A stretch of DNA of 64,000 nucleotides from Diadema antillarum (taxonomy: Eukaryota), in assembly GCF_040938485.1 (NCBI RefSeq), contig NW_027271573.1, positions 124,001-188,000 of the forward strand, in the 5' to 3' direction. This document shows positions 47,411 through 60,478 of this stretch, piece after piece. Every line of letters begins with the position of its first letter. The first letter of the stretch is position 1. A program made the translations under genes and the position numbers. Below the pieces are notes generated by a model. It saw only the letters and a program-made list of their open reading frames with translations. It did not search any database and had not been told where the DNA came from.

Positions 47411-49812
47411 GCTTCTCAGCTTTTGCCCCCCCCCCACCCCCCCCACCCCCCCCCCCCCGAAAAAAAAAAATCACGCACAAAAAACGCACACTCACACAAA
47501 TAAGAAAAACATCAACAAGAAACACTAAGACACACAAATTAAAAAGGACAAAACTAAGCGATAAACCCAGCGTGTGTTGATGTTCACAAACATCTTAGCC
47601 AATGGGGTGATGTGGATCCGTCACGTTTCCACCTCCCCTCCCCGAGAAACCGTCCGATATCACAGGGCCGTATTCTGTTACCTCATCTGACCTCGCGTGC
47701 AATCTGGTCATTTCCTTCGCACTCTTCCTCCTCTCAGGCACGAGCTCAATCTTATATCATTTTAATTTCTAGGTCTTCGATCCTGTATAGTTTTTCCTTT
47801 GGTTCAGCTTCTCCCATCAAAATTTTCCTTCGCTGCATTCATTTACATTCGGCTTTTTTATCTGTTCGTGTGCGTGTCTCCGTTTTAGCTGTGAGAGAAT
47901 TCTTTTCGTTTGTGACATCCGTTCTTTTGTTCACTCTTTTTCTCTCCAGGCTTATGTATTTAAAAGATTTCCCGAAAGTAGCCCCAAAGTATTGCGTTTA
48001 TGCCCTTAGATAGCATAGCCGCAACATCATTTCCTCTCTGTGCGTTATTGTAAAACCATTAAAACCCCGCGAAAAAAAATACTAGTATCTGATTTCACTT
48101 TGACTGCCAAGTAACAACGTCCTCCTTACAGATTTCATAGCAACCCCGATGGTAGAAATTGTACTTCATTTGGGATTCACTTTGGGCCTGTTTGTATCTA
48201 AGTGAAGACGGCTCATCGAGATTTCCGCTTATCGCATCTCACTCTTTGATGGTCTGTGCAGAGATGGAGGAGGTCCTTAAAATCGTCTTGACCTAATTTC
48301 CTTTCCATTTCTTCTCTGAACCAGCAAAGTAAGGACCAATCAGTTTCCGAACGTTGAAGCCTAATTGCACATGCATGGGGGCAGGTATGGTGGATTAAAC
48401 AAAGACAAACAAGGAAAGGGGGAAAAAATAAGGAAAACATCCAGCTAATGATGCATCCTGAAGAGACGCGATATGCAAATCGGACTTTCCGCTGTGTTTT
48501 GGGGGGATACACAAAGGGCGGAGGCCTCTAGGCCAGACGAGACGGGGCCGTGTTAGTATACATTGAAGGGGGCACTGCACGCAGAGAAAGCATCACAGTT
48601 GCACTTACGGATAATCACTATCCCACTTAAAGTGCATTAGGAAAAACAGACGTCATATCTTTCGCCCCGCGGGCACGCGGATACGATGGATTTACATCTG
48701 GCACATACTGCACTCCTTTATGATTGTTTGGGTCAAAAGGAAGAGATGAGCGAGGGAAAAAAAAGATCGAGAAAGGAAGATGGGCAGATGAGGGACAGAG
48801 GGACAGCCCATTACAGTTCGTACACTCTCGTCGACTTGACAGTCATTGACTGACAGTCATGTTCTACACAAAGTTCTTGAAAGACAGTGTGTACTATAAT
48901 GTCCTGCACTATGCTACAACCCTTTTGCTCAGTTATCGTGAAGTGTGCTTTAAAGGAAATCGCAAAGAGTAGAAGTGAGAAATTAAAAAAAAATCATCGT
49001 GTCTAGAATTGTGTTAACGGATATCCACTGATTCTCTTTGAAAATTCATCACCTAACTTTTATCTCAACCTTCTGCGCATTTCTCAGAGCAACTGAACGA
49101 ACAAAATCCTAAAATAAATGGAGTATTACTGGTTCTATATAAGCATACAAAGTGCTTGTAGCAGTTAGGGAAAATAGAAAATTCATAATGTCCTCGATTG
49201 GAACAACCTGTTCATAATTATGTCTGTTAGTTTGTCCGATGACTATGAAATAGAAGAACATACAGACGATTTCACGCTACGCTTGTCCCCGGATGAACAA
49301 TCATTGAACCATAATTACTCAGACATATTACATGGGCGTGTGTTGAATGTTTGTGAGTGTGTGTGTTTGTTTGTGTGTATATATTTGTGTATGTCTCTGA
49401 TTGCTTTGGTCATGGTGCGCCTGTGTGAGCTTCCGTATAAATTGCCCATTGATTGACACAGTGGTTGGGCCCAGCAACTCCTTGGCCTATCAGACGTCAG
49501 TGGCATGGGCGGGAAATGATGTAAACTGTAGAGTGACGAAATAACGACTACATGGTGTTAAAGTGCCACTGCTTTCGCTAAATTCGTCGGTAAATCGATC
49601 CATCAAAGTCTGTTTCAGCCCCCCCCCCCCCTTCCCGGTTTTTGGTGACTCCCAAAGAGGATTACACGTCACATACATACGTAAGTGGTAATATTGACCT
49701 CTGTTCGTTGATGCAAGCGTGCGGAGGGGCAGCAATTTCGACAGACCTCTTGTGAAGGTATAAGAGTATGCATACACATATTAAATTCAAACCTTTCTAT
49801 AGCGACTACCAA

Positions 49813-49850
<38 letters not shown>

Positions 49851-52800
49851 AATGGCCGTTATAGGCAGGATATTTTAATACGGCTCTTCTGTCGGGGGAT
49901 TGCTTTTAGTGGCCATATAGCAAGGTGGCCTCTACAGCAGGTTTGACTGACATAAAGAAAAAAAAGTTGGCAACATTCCTTTCTTTCAGTTGGGTCTTGG
50001 AGCTGCTACCAACGAGGTGATAAAAACAGTGGCTCTGCTATATATTCATACCGACGTAAATAATCCACTTGAAACAACCACACACTCACACGCACTCACA
50101 CATAATTCTATACATACGATATCAAAGTTCCTTACAGCGCTGATCTCCTCTTCAATCAATTTGAGCTTTCAAATCACATTTTATATCGAGTGAGACGCAA
50201 TCTTCGATAAATTCACCAGTCCTTCGCCAGTAGGACAGCACCATAATCGCCCAAACGACTGTCGGCTCAAGTATAAGTGAATAAACATGATAAAACACGC
50301 TATTTTATCTGTTTCTTGTCTCACGCGGTATCCATCATTATCCATTCCCTCGTAATCTGTGTAATCATTTACAATCATTTATTTCAAAATCTCTTCTTAA
50401 TCTTCAAGGCCCATCTAGGTATATGCCAGAATAGAAACCCGCTCTTTTATTCCCTTAGTTTCTACAAAAATCCCTTCGGGCTAATATACAAGTGCGCGCG
50501 TGACCCGACTTACTTTCTTATTCAAACGATTTTTTGTAACCATCAAGTTTTTGTTGTGTGGGCGTGTGTGTGGAGGGGGGGGGGGGGTGAGTGGGAGAGT
50601 TTGTGAGTGTTGACGCATGCGTACACAATCCATAGCATGTGTAGCCGTAAGGAAGTGCATGCGTCTTACGTAAGCATAAATTAATCTAACTCGTGTGTTG
50701 TAACTACAAGTAGATGCAATGAGCATTGTGACGGTTCAAGTATAGGGCGTGACAGGACACCTTGGGTTGTGCGTCTGCGGGTTTCTTTTTTCCCCTTACG
50801 AGTTAGCGACGCCAATTAAGCCTTGAAGGATCCGTATTATATGATTAAAGAGCTTACACCTGCTCTGGTGAATCCGTTCCCCCGACAATTAGAAAAAAAA
50901 AGCACTCACACAAAACTACAGACTAAGCATATTATTGAGGAATTTCTTGAGGAAGTCTGCTAAGTTTCTCAGCGGTAGACAATAATTGAAACAAAAAAAG
51001 ATCGACCTACAACTATCGACTTCTTTGTTTTCCATGTTCTCATTTAAGGACTGTTTTTTTTTTTTTTTTTTGGGGGGGGGGGGGAATGTGATGGAACGCA
51101 TTACGCCACATGTACTGCCATTTCAGAAAACATGCTTCTATATTCAAATTTTCTTGCTCACTTTCTTGGTATATTGGGCAGATTTAAACATGTCTGCGGG
51201 TAAATTGACATTTCAGACAAAAGATTTTTCTTTTAAGATTATGATTCGATATTATAACTGAGTATAGAATGTGCGCAAATCTCTGAATATCATGTGTGTG
51301 AAAAAAAAATGAAGTGCTAACAAAATTCACGAGATATAACGACATATTTCTTGATTGTAAACCCCTGCAGATGTCCGAACCACAGTTTCCTAAAAATCAG
51401 AAGATTTTATCTTTTATTATCTCCAACAAAGTATTCGACTGCAATTAGTCACCATGCGGATATCTTTAAAAAGAATTCTTGCTAAAGATTTAATGATGTG
51501 CTTTTCAGACTGACATACTATAATTCCTCTTTTTTGTTTTTGTGCGTTCTGTATACATGCATCTGTCATTTCTCGTTTCTAAAAAAAAAAAAAAAAAAAA
51601 AAACTGGTCAGAGACTTCAATGTAATTTGTGCTCTTAGAAAACTCTTTATCATTATAATTACTTAAAAAAGAAATATTCGCCAAACTGTTTTCAGATGCA
51701 GCAATGAGAGACATATTTGCAGAATCTTAAAAAGGCCTGCTTAGATGGCTTTTATCCTCATTGTTATACTGACAGAGTCATTTCTATCAACATGTCAGCG
51801 CCAAGCACTGCTGGGGAAAACGTCAAAACCGTCAAATTGTTTTCTCCCGAGACAAGACGGTAAATATTTGACGAGGCATCGTCGTGTGTCAGTATTGTAT
51901 TATGTGATGGGTGGCCCACTTATTGATATACGCCAAAGAGGTTAGTAGGCAGTCGTTCGTCTCCTTAATCTTTGCTAACAGTAGCGCCGTGTTGTTGTTA
52001 TTGTTTTTAATTCGGCCAACCAGACACTGAGGAGAGACATAAAGTGCAATTCGCACGTCATGTTCAAGTTGAATTAAAAATGGAGCCAAGTCAGACAATA
52101 AAATCATTGTAATGGTAGAAGCTTTCTCGAAGTCAGATTCCCCAAATCACAGCCGCGCAGAACTTTGTGTTTCCCCCGGTGACTATCGTGAAAACACAAT
52201 CTTGCTCTAAAGAAAAGAGGATAAAGACATCTAGTGTTTGTTTGTATGTTTGTTCGTTTGTTTGTCTGTATGGATGTCTTCTTCACACGCGAGGCTAGAA
52301 AAGGTATAGCGCATCAGAAACACATTTTGCAAAACCCCCGGTAGGGCATCCATTTTCAATAGTACAACCAAATGAATAATCGATGGACGAAAGTTCGTTC
52401 CGCGGTCAAAGAGGCAACCGAATCGCACGGCTTGAGGCAGGTGCCACGCGAGATTGCGTATGTCCACTCAAGAAAGATATCACGTTGGATTAGACATTCG
52501 CTACCATTTTTTGGCCATTATTTTCTTTATTGCTTCGTAATCTTGGCTTTAGATGGTAAATCAGGAAAGTGTGGCACTCCCCAAAATAAAAAACAACAAC
52601 AAATAAACATACAAAATATACGGAGACCAGAGAAGGTCCAACCCCGGCTTCACCCGTACTCACAGGGAGCAAAAGCGCGTGTGCATGCTGCGTTCAAGCT
52701 ATTCAGCACGCAAGATGACATCAGAAGATATAAATAATTCAACCAAAACGTTCAGGAGAGTTGAACATTAAACTGAAAAAAAAGCTATGTCATTTGAATC

Positions 52801-52892
52801 TTTTTTTTTTCACCGTACAGTGGTGTCGTTCCTACTCATACTAGTATGATTGCTCCGGTTATGACTGTTTCACCGGAAACTTGAAAATTCCA

Positions 52893-52923
<31 letters not shown>

Positions 52924-53050
52924 GGGAGAGAGGGGGGGGGGGAGGGTGGAGGAGGGAGTCCGAATTTAGAAAAACTGATAACTCTCGATTTTGTTTCAAT
53001 TTCTGTCAGCAAATAAACTCTGCTTGAAAAAGGAGTGGATATCTTATAAT

Positions 53051-53084
<34 letters not shown>

Positions 53085-53094
53085 CAACAACAAC

Positions 53095-53138
<44 letters not shown>

Positions 53139-53200
53139 AATACACATATTAGGCGCTTAGTACAGATGTTTTTAAGCGCACAGTTTACCGGAAAATTAAT
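53051..53200 (-). mobile_element. L2-type retroposon 3' tail with expanded (ATT/GTT)n microsatellite
   Basis: Minus strand GTGCGCTTAAAAACATCTGTACTAAGCGCCTAATATG forms a GCGCTTA/TAAGCGC hairpin directly followed by about 85 nt of (ATT)n. Confidence 0.6.
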
Positions 53201-55053
53201 ATTTACTCCATTTTTCACTTTACAGAATCGCTGATCATCTCCTCCGCTGTGAACTGAGAGATATTGTTGCGCACGCATCCTGTCGTCTTCTGACACACCG
53301 TTTAAACTGAAGATAACCCGTTGAGTTTGGTGCTGGCGATGGTGGTAGTGGTGGAATGGGGGGGGGGGGGGAGGGGTCAGGTTGGAGGCAGCCCTCGGTG
53401 CTGTGAATGAATGTCTCTCCCGAAGACCCTGTCCAAGCCTTTCCAACCTAACAAGGCGTAATGGTCACTCGCATTCAGAGAGAGCAAACACGTGTGACTT
53501 TCTGCAACTATACGTTCTCTTCGCTTCGTGTTACTGCCACGCGTGCTGACTGGGCCTTCCTTTCCCGTATATTTTAACGTCGCGAGTGATAATAACTTCT
53601 AGGTTCAAAATACACCGACATGATGGTCCTCACTCCTCGAAGGTCAAGGGAGTATAATGGAGTTTGTCGAAGAGGATTTTTCGCCAGATGCCGACCCTCT
53701 AATTGCGAGACGGCCAATATTTGCTGTTGGTGATTAACAAGTGCCGGAGAATCGTTGCACTTTCGATCAGCCGACTGGAGACGACGTGCATGCAGGGTGT
53801 TTGGTGTGGAAACTGATTTTCGATTTTCTGGGAATGCTTGCGATCTGCGATTCGGATGTCTACTTGAAACAGGCAAACTCTCTTTGTGACACCGACGCAC
53901 ACACTCACAGATATACACACCAACATCCACACATACCATCCCACATAGGCATGATAAAAGAAAGCACAAACACACACAGTTTGATTATGTGCATATTACT
54001 TTTAATTTTTCCTTTTTGCATACACAAAGTGGTGTCAGCAGTTTTGGTGTCAGACATTTTTGGAACACTTGCGTCTACGGTTCTGATGTCACCTTAAGCA
54101 CGCAAATCCCTCTGTGCCACCGACACCGATGCAAACGCGAAAAAACAAAACCCCCAAAATAAAGTATGACCACTGACACCTGACAATGCAGGTTAAATGA
54201 TGACAACCATTAACGATATCAAGTTAGCTGTCGATAATTGCGGTCATTTTATCCTCTGGATATATAATCTGACACCTCGCCATAGATCAAAATGCAGATA
54301 CCGAGGAAGACATAAATACTCGCCTGACGACACATGGAGGGCATACTTTACTGTGTTCTTCAGTCGGAGGTACTTCCTGGCGCATGCGTACTGGAGAGTA
54401 CTTTCTTTAGCATCCGACTCCATAATGCACAACCGATATATTGGCCCATTGACTATTAAGGGCCAGATACTGTAGATACTAACACACACATTCTATGTAG
54501 ATTCCTCATAGCTTCTATGCAGATTCCTCATATTTCACATGTTATACTGTCTTAAAAGATGTACTTGACAATTCATCCATGCTTTTGTATTGTTATGTTT
54601 ATGGTTTATGTATTTGTTGAAATGTGGAATATGGAACAATAAAACAAACAAACAAAACAAACAAATACAGACAGACATATACGCACGGACACAGCGGTTA
54701 TTGTCACAGATACAGATCTTGTATGGTGGAAGAAGTGACAAATCACATTTTGATTTTTGTTCTTTAATGAGGCTGAAAGCACCCAAACAGTATTTTGTAG
54801 CTAGTTTCTTTGACTGTATCAAGTGTTTTGGAAAACAAATCGACATGATTTAGCATTATTTTTGCAGAAAGAATCAGGTGATTAAACTTGTTACCAAATT
54901 GGTGAATATTGTCTCTGTTAGTTTTGAGTGGATTACGCCTCTGACAGAAAATGTAACAATTTCAGATTAGGATAAGTATAATGATCAAAGAATGGAAAGT
55001 AACCAAAAACAGTCTGTATCTCTTTTAAGAAAGTCAGAGATTGTGTGTATTTC

Positions 55054-55557
55054 GAGTGATGTTTGTTATACCGAATGTTCGTCGATCCGAAAATGACATA
55101 AGGTTCGTTAATCAGATGGTTCGGTTTTCTGAAAATACAAATTCCCTATAGCTATAGGTGCTCGTTAATTCGAGTATTAGCGACGTTATTCCGAAGGTTC
55201 GTTTTTCGAAAGGTTCGCTAAGCCGAAAATGAAATGAGGTCCATTATTCCGATGGTTTATTATTCTGAAAAATGAAATATAATTCGTTATCATGAAGGTT
55301 TATTAATCGAGAAATGAAATAATGTTCGTTAATCCGAAAATGGGGGGAAATGCGTGCAAATGAACCTTCAGAATTACGACATTATTTCGTTTTCGGATTA
55401 ACGAACCTTCGGAATAACGAGACCATTTTTTTTTTTCTAATCAACGAATTCTTCGGACTAGCGAACATTATTTTACTTGCGGATGAACGCACTTTCGGAA
55501 TGAGGAGCCTTATTTCGTATTTGGATTAACAAACCTTTGGAATATCAAACTGTAACA
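55054..55557 (+). mobile_element. MITE family X copy C (longer, more diverged)
   Basis: Starts GAGTGATGTTTGTTATACCGAA and ends GGAATATCAAACTGTAAC; many TTCCGAAGGTTCG / CGAACCTTCGGAA repeats. Confidence 0.75.
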
Positions 55558-58500
55558 AACATTGCTTTGTTTGTTATGAAGGTTGTCAATTTGTAATCAT
55601 GCCTCCCTGAAAGACTGCAAAAGGATATAAATGTCCACAACCGGGGCCCACACATAGCGTAACCATTTTTAGAACAGACATTGTGAAGGGGGGGGGGGGG
55701 GGGGAGAGATGGCACATGAAAAGATAAATGGCTAAGGGGATGTGACCTCGTTTTATTTGGAGTCAAGACGACCCACTAGCACCCCTCTTGCATGTCCTGA
55801 ATGAATCAGAAATGAGAATAAGGACGCATGATGAAATACAACCTTCAATCATACACTTTTAGAAAACCATGTGCATTTATCATTTACACTTTTTGACCGA
55901 GAAAAATAACAGAGAAAGGGGAAAATGGGCTTTCATATCGTCATTAATATTGATTGAATATGCGACTCTCCATTCATGAGTTTTGTCAGGGGCCCGTAGA
56001 GAGGGTGATATCGCTTGTCGTCTGACGATGGAAGACGTCAAAAATGATGTATGCAGGCTTCCGTTGAATGAGGGGCAAAGAAGGGAACGGTAGATGGGCT
56101 AGATGATGTTGGGGGGGGGGGGGAAGGGTAGAAGTGGTGATACTGATTGTATGAAGACGGAGGAAAGTTAGGTTACAAAATTGGCGCCCCGAAGGGTGTT
56201 GACCCGCCCCCGAGACAATGTGTGAGGGGCCGGAAGCTCATCGGCCCTCGACAGAGCCACTCACCTTTCGAGTGGTCTGTACATTATCGCGATTCGGCGC
56301 CGAGTCTCGGCATCTCGCCCACGTGATACATAGATACACAAGGCACAGAGAGAGAGAGAGAGAGAGAACATCCAGCTAGGATTACTTTCAGCTAAGATTA
56401 CTTTCATATTTCATTTTTGTTCCTACCCGTTCTCCCCATTCGCAGAGAAAGAAAGAAAAACAAAAGCAATCATCACCACACTTTAACACAAATCAACAGA
56501 TGCATTCATATCCACAAATCCATAAACATAATTTATATGTGTATACCTGATGTTGTAATGGTGTAGGTATAGAACACGCGCAAAGTCACATTCACACAAA
56601 CAAATATTATATACATTGTACATTTAAAAATGATTTTATAAACAAGGTGCGTGTACACTTTAAAACATTCAGTTTGAATTTAACACTGTATCCAAGGGTG
56701 TGGGATGCTTTGGTCAAATTTAAATATTACTTTTATCTTATTTCTGTTTTCTCTCATTCCTCTCATGCGATCCATTTCAATACTCTTGGCAATTTCTCAT
56801 ACCCAGAGTCAACATAGCCAGCAGGCGACTATAGGCTTACTCTCTGTGTATATAGCCAAAGGGGCATCTACAAATATCGCCTTTTGGCATTTAACCCGAT
56901 ATGTCCTTGACTCCTTTTCTATTGATGTTTTTCTTTGCACTTCTTAAAGGGAGATACGCTGAATCCACATCTTAATCCGCGTCAACCTCACGATTCTTTT
57001 ATTCAGTGTGTATGACAAAGCACACAATGGACATCAACGAATGACCGCATATGATACTCTCATGGACGGACACAGGCGATTTCTCGGTCGTACATCATTT
57101 CATGTTTCTGTCCCTTTTTTGTTTTATAAAACCAGAAAAGCCAAAGCCAGCAAAGCAGCACATTTCGCGAGTGTGAAGAGCGCGAGTTTACACAGCATAT
57201 AATTCGGAATCGTAATTCTTTGCCTGCTGGAGATGTAATTCTCGGAAGGACCTCGAAATGTCTTAATGTAGACAGCTATACGTAAAACAACAACAATAAC
57301 AACCTAATCGATGGCTGTCTCTCAACTGTTTCTTCCTAATCGATACAGACGGGATGGTTGTGTATTTAGCTACTCACTCTATATTAGCTTAGACTTTCGT
57401 TGTTGTTTTTTCTTCAATGTCAAAAACAACGTAAGTAAGCTGCTTGCAAAACCTAACTTTTGTTCCGAAAGTGATAACGTTTAGGGCTCTACTGTCTAAT
57501 AAAAATTTTGTAAAACTTTGTAAGGTAGTTTTTATGTAGTTTCCATGAATTAAAACAGAGGAGAGGTGACTATGATTGTGTTATAAAAGCAAAAAATTAA
57601 AAAAGACAGAAAAATGCATATACATCTGAAGAAAAAAATTAAAGCTGAAATATATCTATACGAGCCCCCGATTCTTCAACCTTCACGTTTGCATTCTAGC
57701 CTACAGTGTCATGTTTTGATGTCTTCAGGCTTGTTCAGAGAAATCAATGAATAATGATGAAAACAGACGCATAGAAGAAACAATATAAACGAGAACATCA
57801 ATTTCCATCCAGTTTCAATATAGTGATTGAATGTAATTTCCACAAGTTTCAGCGTTGAATGACGTCTGGTTAGATATCCTACATAGTTCCGCAGGGGTTG
57901 AAATTTTCAGGTTTGTCTGTATTCGGCATTTGTTTTGCAGTTCTTATCTTCGTTTATACAATCTATTTTTTTTTTTCAATTTGTCAAATCTTAGCGACTT
58001 TCTGAAAGTTAGATAAGCTACATTGAGGAAGCTTGTACTGTTGCTGTTTTTTAGCATTGTCTCCTTCTTGTCACATAGTTCTAGGACTTCGTTATAAAGG
58101 AAATCCATCGGCATTGTTCGCGAACATTAACGTCCCTTTTTTCTTCGTTTCCATCACGTACCAACAATCTCCTGTCTTTTTAACACTTTCCATTACCTTA
58201 ATTCATTCTTACTTCTCTTGCGGGCATATCATGTTCATGTGTACGTTGCCCCCTTTTATTTTCCTTTTTTTTCTTTTTTTGTTTTGTTTTTTTTGCTTCT
58301 GTGTATAAATGTAAGAGTGTACGTGTGTTGCGGTTTTAGCGATGGAAGCTTCATAAACCGGAGTTTGTAACTAATATGAGTACGTGAAAATATTACTTCG
58401 TTTAGGAACGACTGAGAATGAAAATATCTGACTTAAAACGTCATGCTTTGCTTCTTTTCTTTGTGATTGCATTGGTTCCACAGACTTCCTCAGTTGAAGA

Positions 58501-59250
58501 TTTTTACCGCAACCCTAACCTTAGCTGGATTCTTGACTTTTATAAAAATAATTATCTCATGTTATTCATCAGAGTTTTTATCGCCGTAAACGACTGCAAT
58601 CCAACTAAATCTAATCGGACTGACTATTTAGTGGACAAATTAAATAATACAATCAAAAACAAATGAAGGACATCTATCGGAACGTTTTGAAATGCAAGTC
58701 AAATAAGAAAGTAAAAAAAGGAATGCATCACGTTAGAGCATATCATGAGGTGTCTGCTGCAAACTTCAAAAAGTGTTTTAGGTATGATGATTGGCATATA
58801 TTACTACAATGCAAATCTGAGGATGGAAAAAAAAGAGGGCAGTCTCAAACTACATTGACGTGAAGAGTGAATAATTATGATTTCATTACATTGAGCGCTA
58901 TACTTACGAAGCTAGCATGTTCATGTTAATCAGATTATATCTTCACATTTCAACCGAAGTAGTGATTGTACGTCGTTTTCATACACGTCCAACTTTTTAC
59001 CATATACACATGCTGCTGTTATTAATAAATTTGTTTTCATGCTTGTGAAATAGAAAGGAAACCTGTGAACTAATGCAAAGTGTCCTAAAAAGGTTTAGAT
59101 GGCCCGTAGAATCGATCTCTTTGGTCGATCGCAATTATGGTAAAGAAAGAAAAAAATGACAAACATGACAAAACACTTTTATCAGCTACACGCACAGTTT
59201 CACAACATTCTCAAACATTACAAAAGATAAGGTGTATAAAGAAATTAGGA

Positions 59251-59282
<32 letters not shown>

Positions 59283-60377
59283 ACTTGACGTGATATTATA
59301 AGGAAACTTCATTTTGCATACATCACGAATTCTGGCCAAGATGCTTCTTCGGCTACAGCTAGAATGTGTAATGTACGTGCTCGCACCCGCCCCAGAGGAC
59401 ATTGTGCGGTCATTCGAGAAAATAGCTCCCGGCGCTCCCCGGTCAAAAGACATTGTCGATTATGTCATAGAGATGGGGCAAGCTATAAATTTGTCAGCGG
59501 ACCAGGCGAACAAAATATGACCGAGCGGAAGAAAGATGGAAATTCCCGCCGATAAGACGTCGCTCGAAATTCTGAACTCCTGGCCAGATTACGAAGTCTT
59601 TTCCTTAATCTATTACGGCTTAGATCTGATTTTGACTGCGTGAATGTAGGTCTCGCTTATCTTCGAGTTATCGCATTCAAACTTAAAGCTTTCACGACCT
59701 TCCACCCCTGGTTGACTTCAAGTTAGAAAAGCTACGGTAATTATAGCACAGCTCTAGACTAGAGCGGGAAAATTCAACGTAAAAAAACCCCCAGAAAACA
59801 AAACTAAGGTATGATAATGAAATCTTAAATAGCCGGACCGATGTGCGCATTAAACAAACACATGTAAACCTCCCAAGTACATAATGATGCAAGGTATAAA
59901 ATATAGGAGGCAATTTAGAAGTAACTTCCTATTAAACGAGTGCCCTCTGATATTCTACGTAGCAGAAGCTCTGCCTGTAACTACAAAGACATAATATCAA
60001 ATCAAAGCATACATCAGTTTTAACAAATTATGTCCACATAACTAATATGGCCATGATACAGATGTGATATTTGTACATATATGCATATATTTATGTAGAC
60101 ACGAACACACTTTTGAACGATAAACATACACATACATCCATACATACATACGAATATACATATGTACATTTTGTATGTATGTATATATATATATTCTTTT
60201 GAACTCATGTCAATTTGTCAGGTCGTTATTTCCTTCGAGATATCATCAAATTAACGTGGGTGGGCTGTAAAGAGTTCCCGTATAGTGGATGGCTTCGGTT
60301 CTATTCCCCGGAGACAGAGCAGTGTGATACTGAGTGTAACATATCTCAGATCCCCTCCCCTTCTCAAAACAAAAAAC

Positions 60378-60398
60378 CCAACAACAACAACAACAACA

Positions 60399-60430
<32 letters not shown>

Positions 60431-60478
60431 AGCAACAACAACAACAGCAACAGCAACAATAACAACAGCAATAACAAA
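60378..60478. repeat. (CAA/CAG)n trinucleotide repeat; similar tract at 2410-2481
   Basis: Direct inspection; no flanking coding context. Confidence 0.92.

Noticed and set aside
49220-49456. Acidic 78-aa ORF following an acceptor-like AG
   Set aside because: No good donor; runs into a TG repeat; no homology recognised.
52372-52737. ORF with WTKVRSAVKEATES, reminiscent of an RTE linker
   Set aside because: Single weak motif with no flanking LINE homology.
53006-53446. 146-aa minus-strand ORF with a Pro/His run
   Set aside because: Length comes from poly-G and (ATT)n tracts plus a retroposon tail; no domain or clear splice context.
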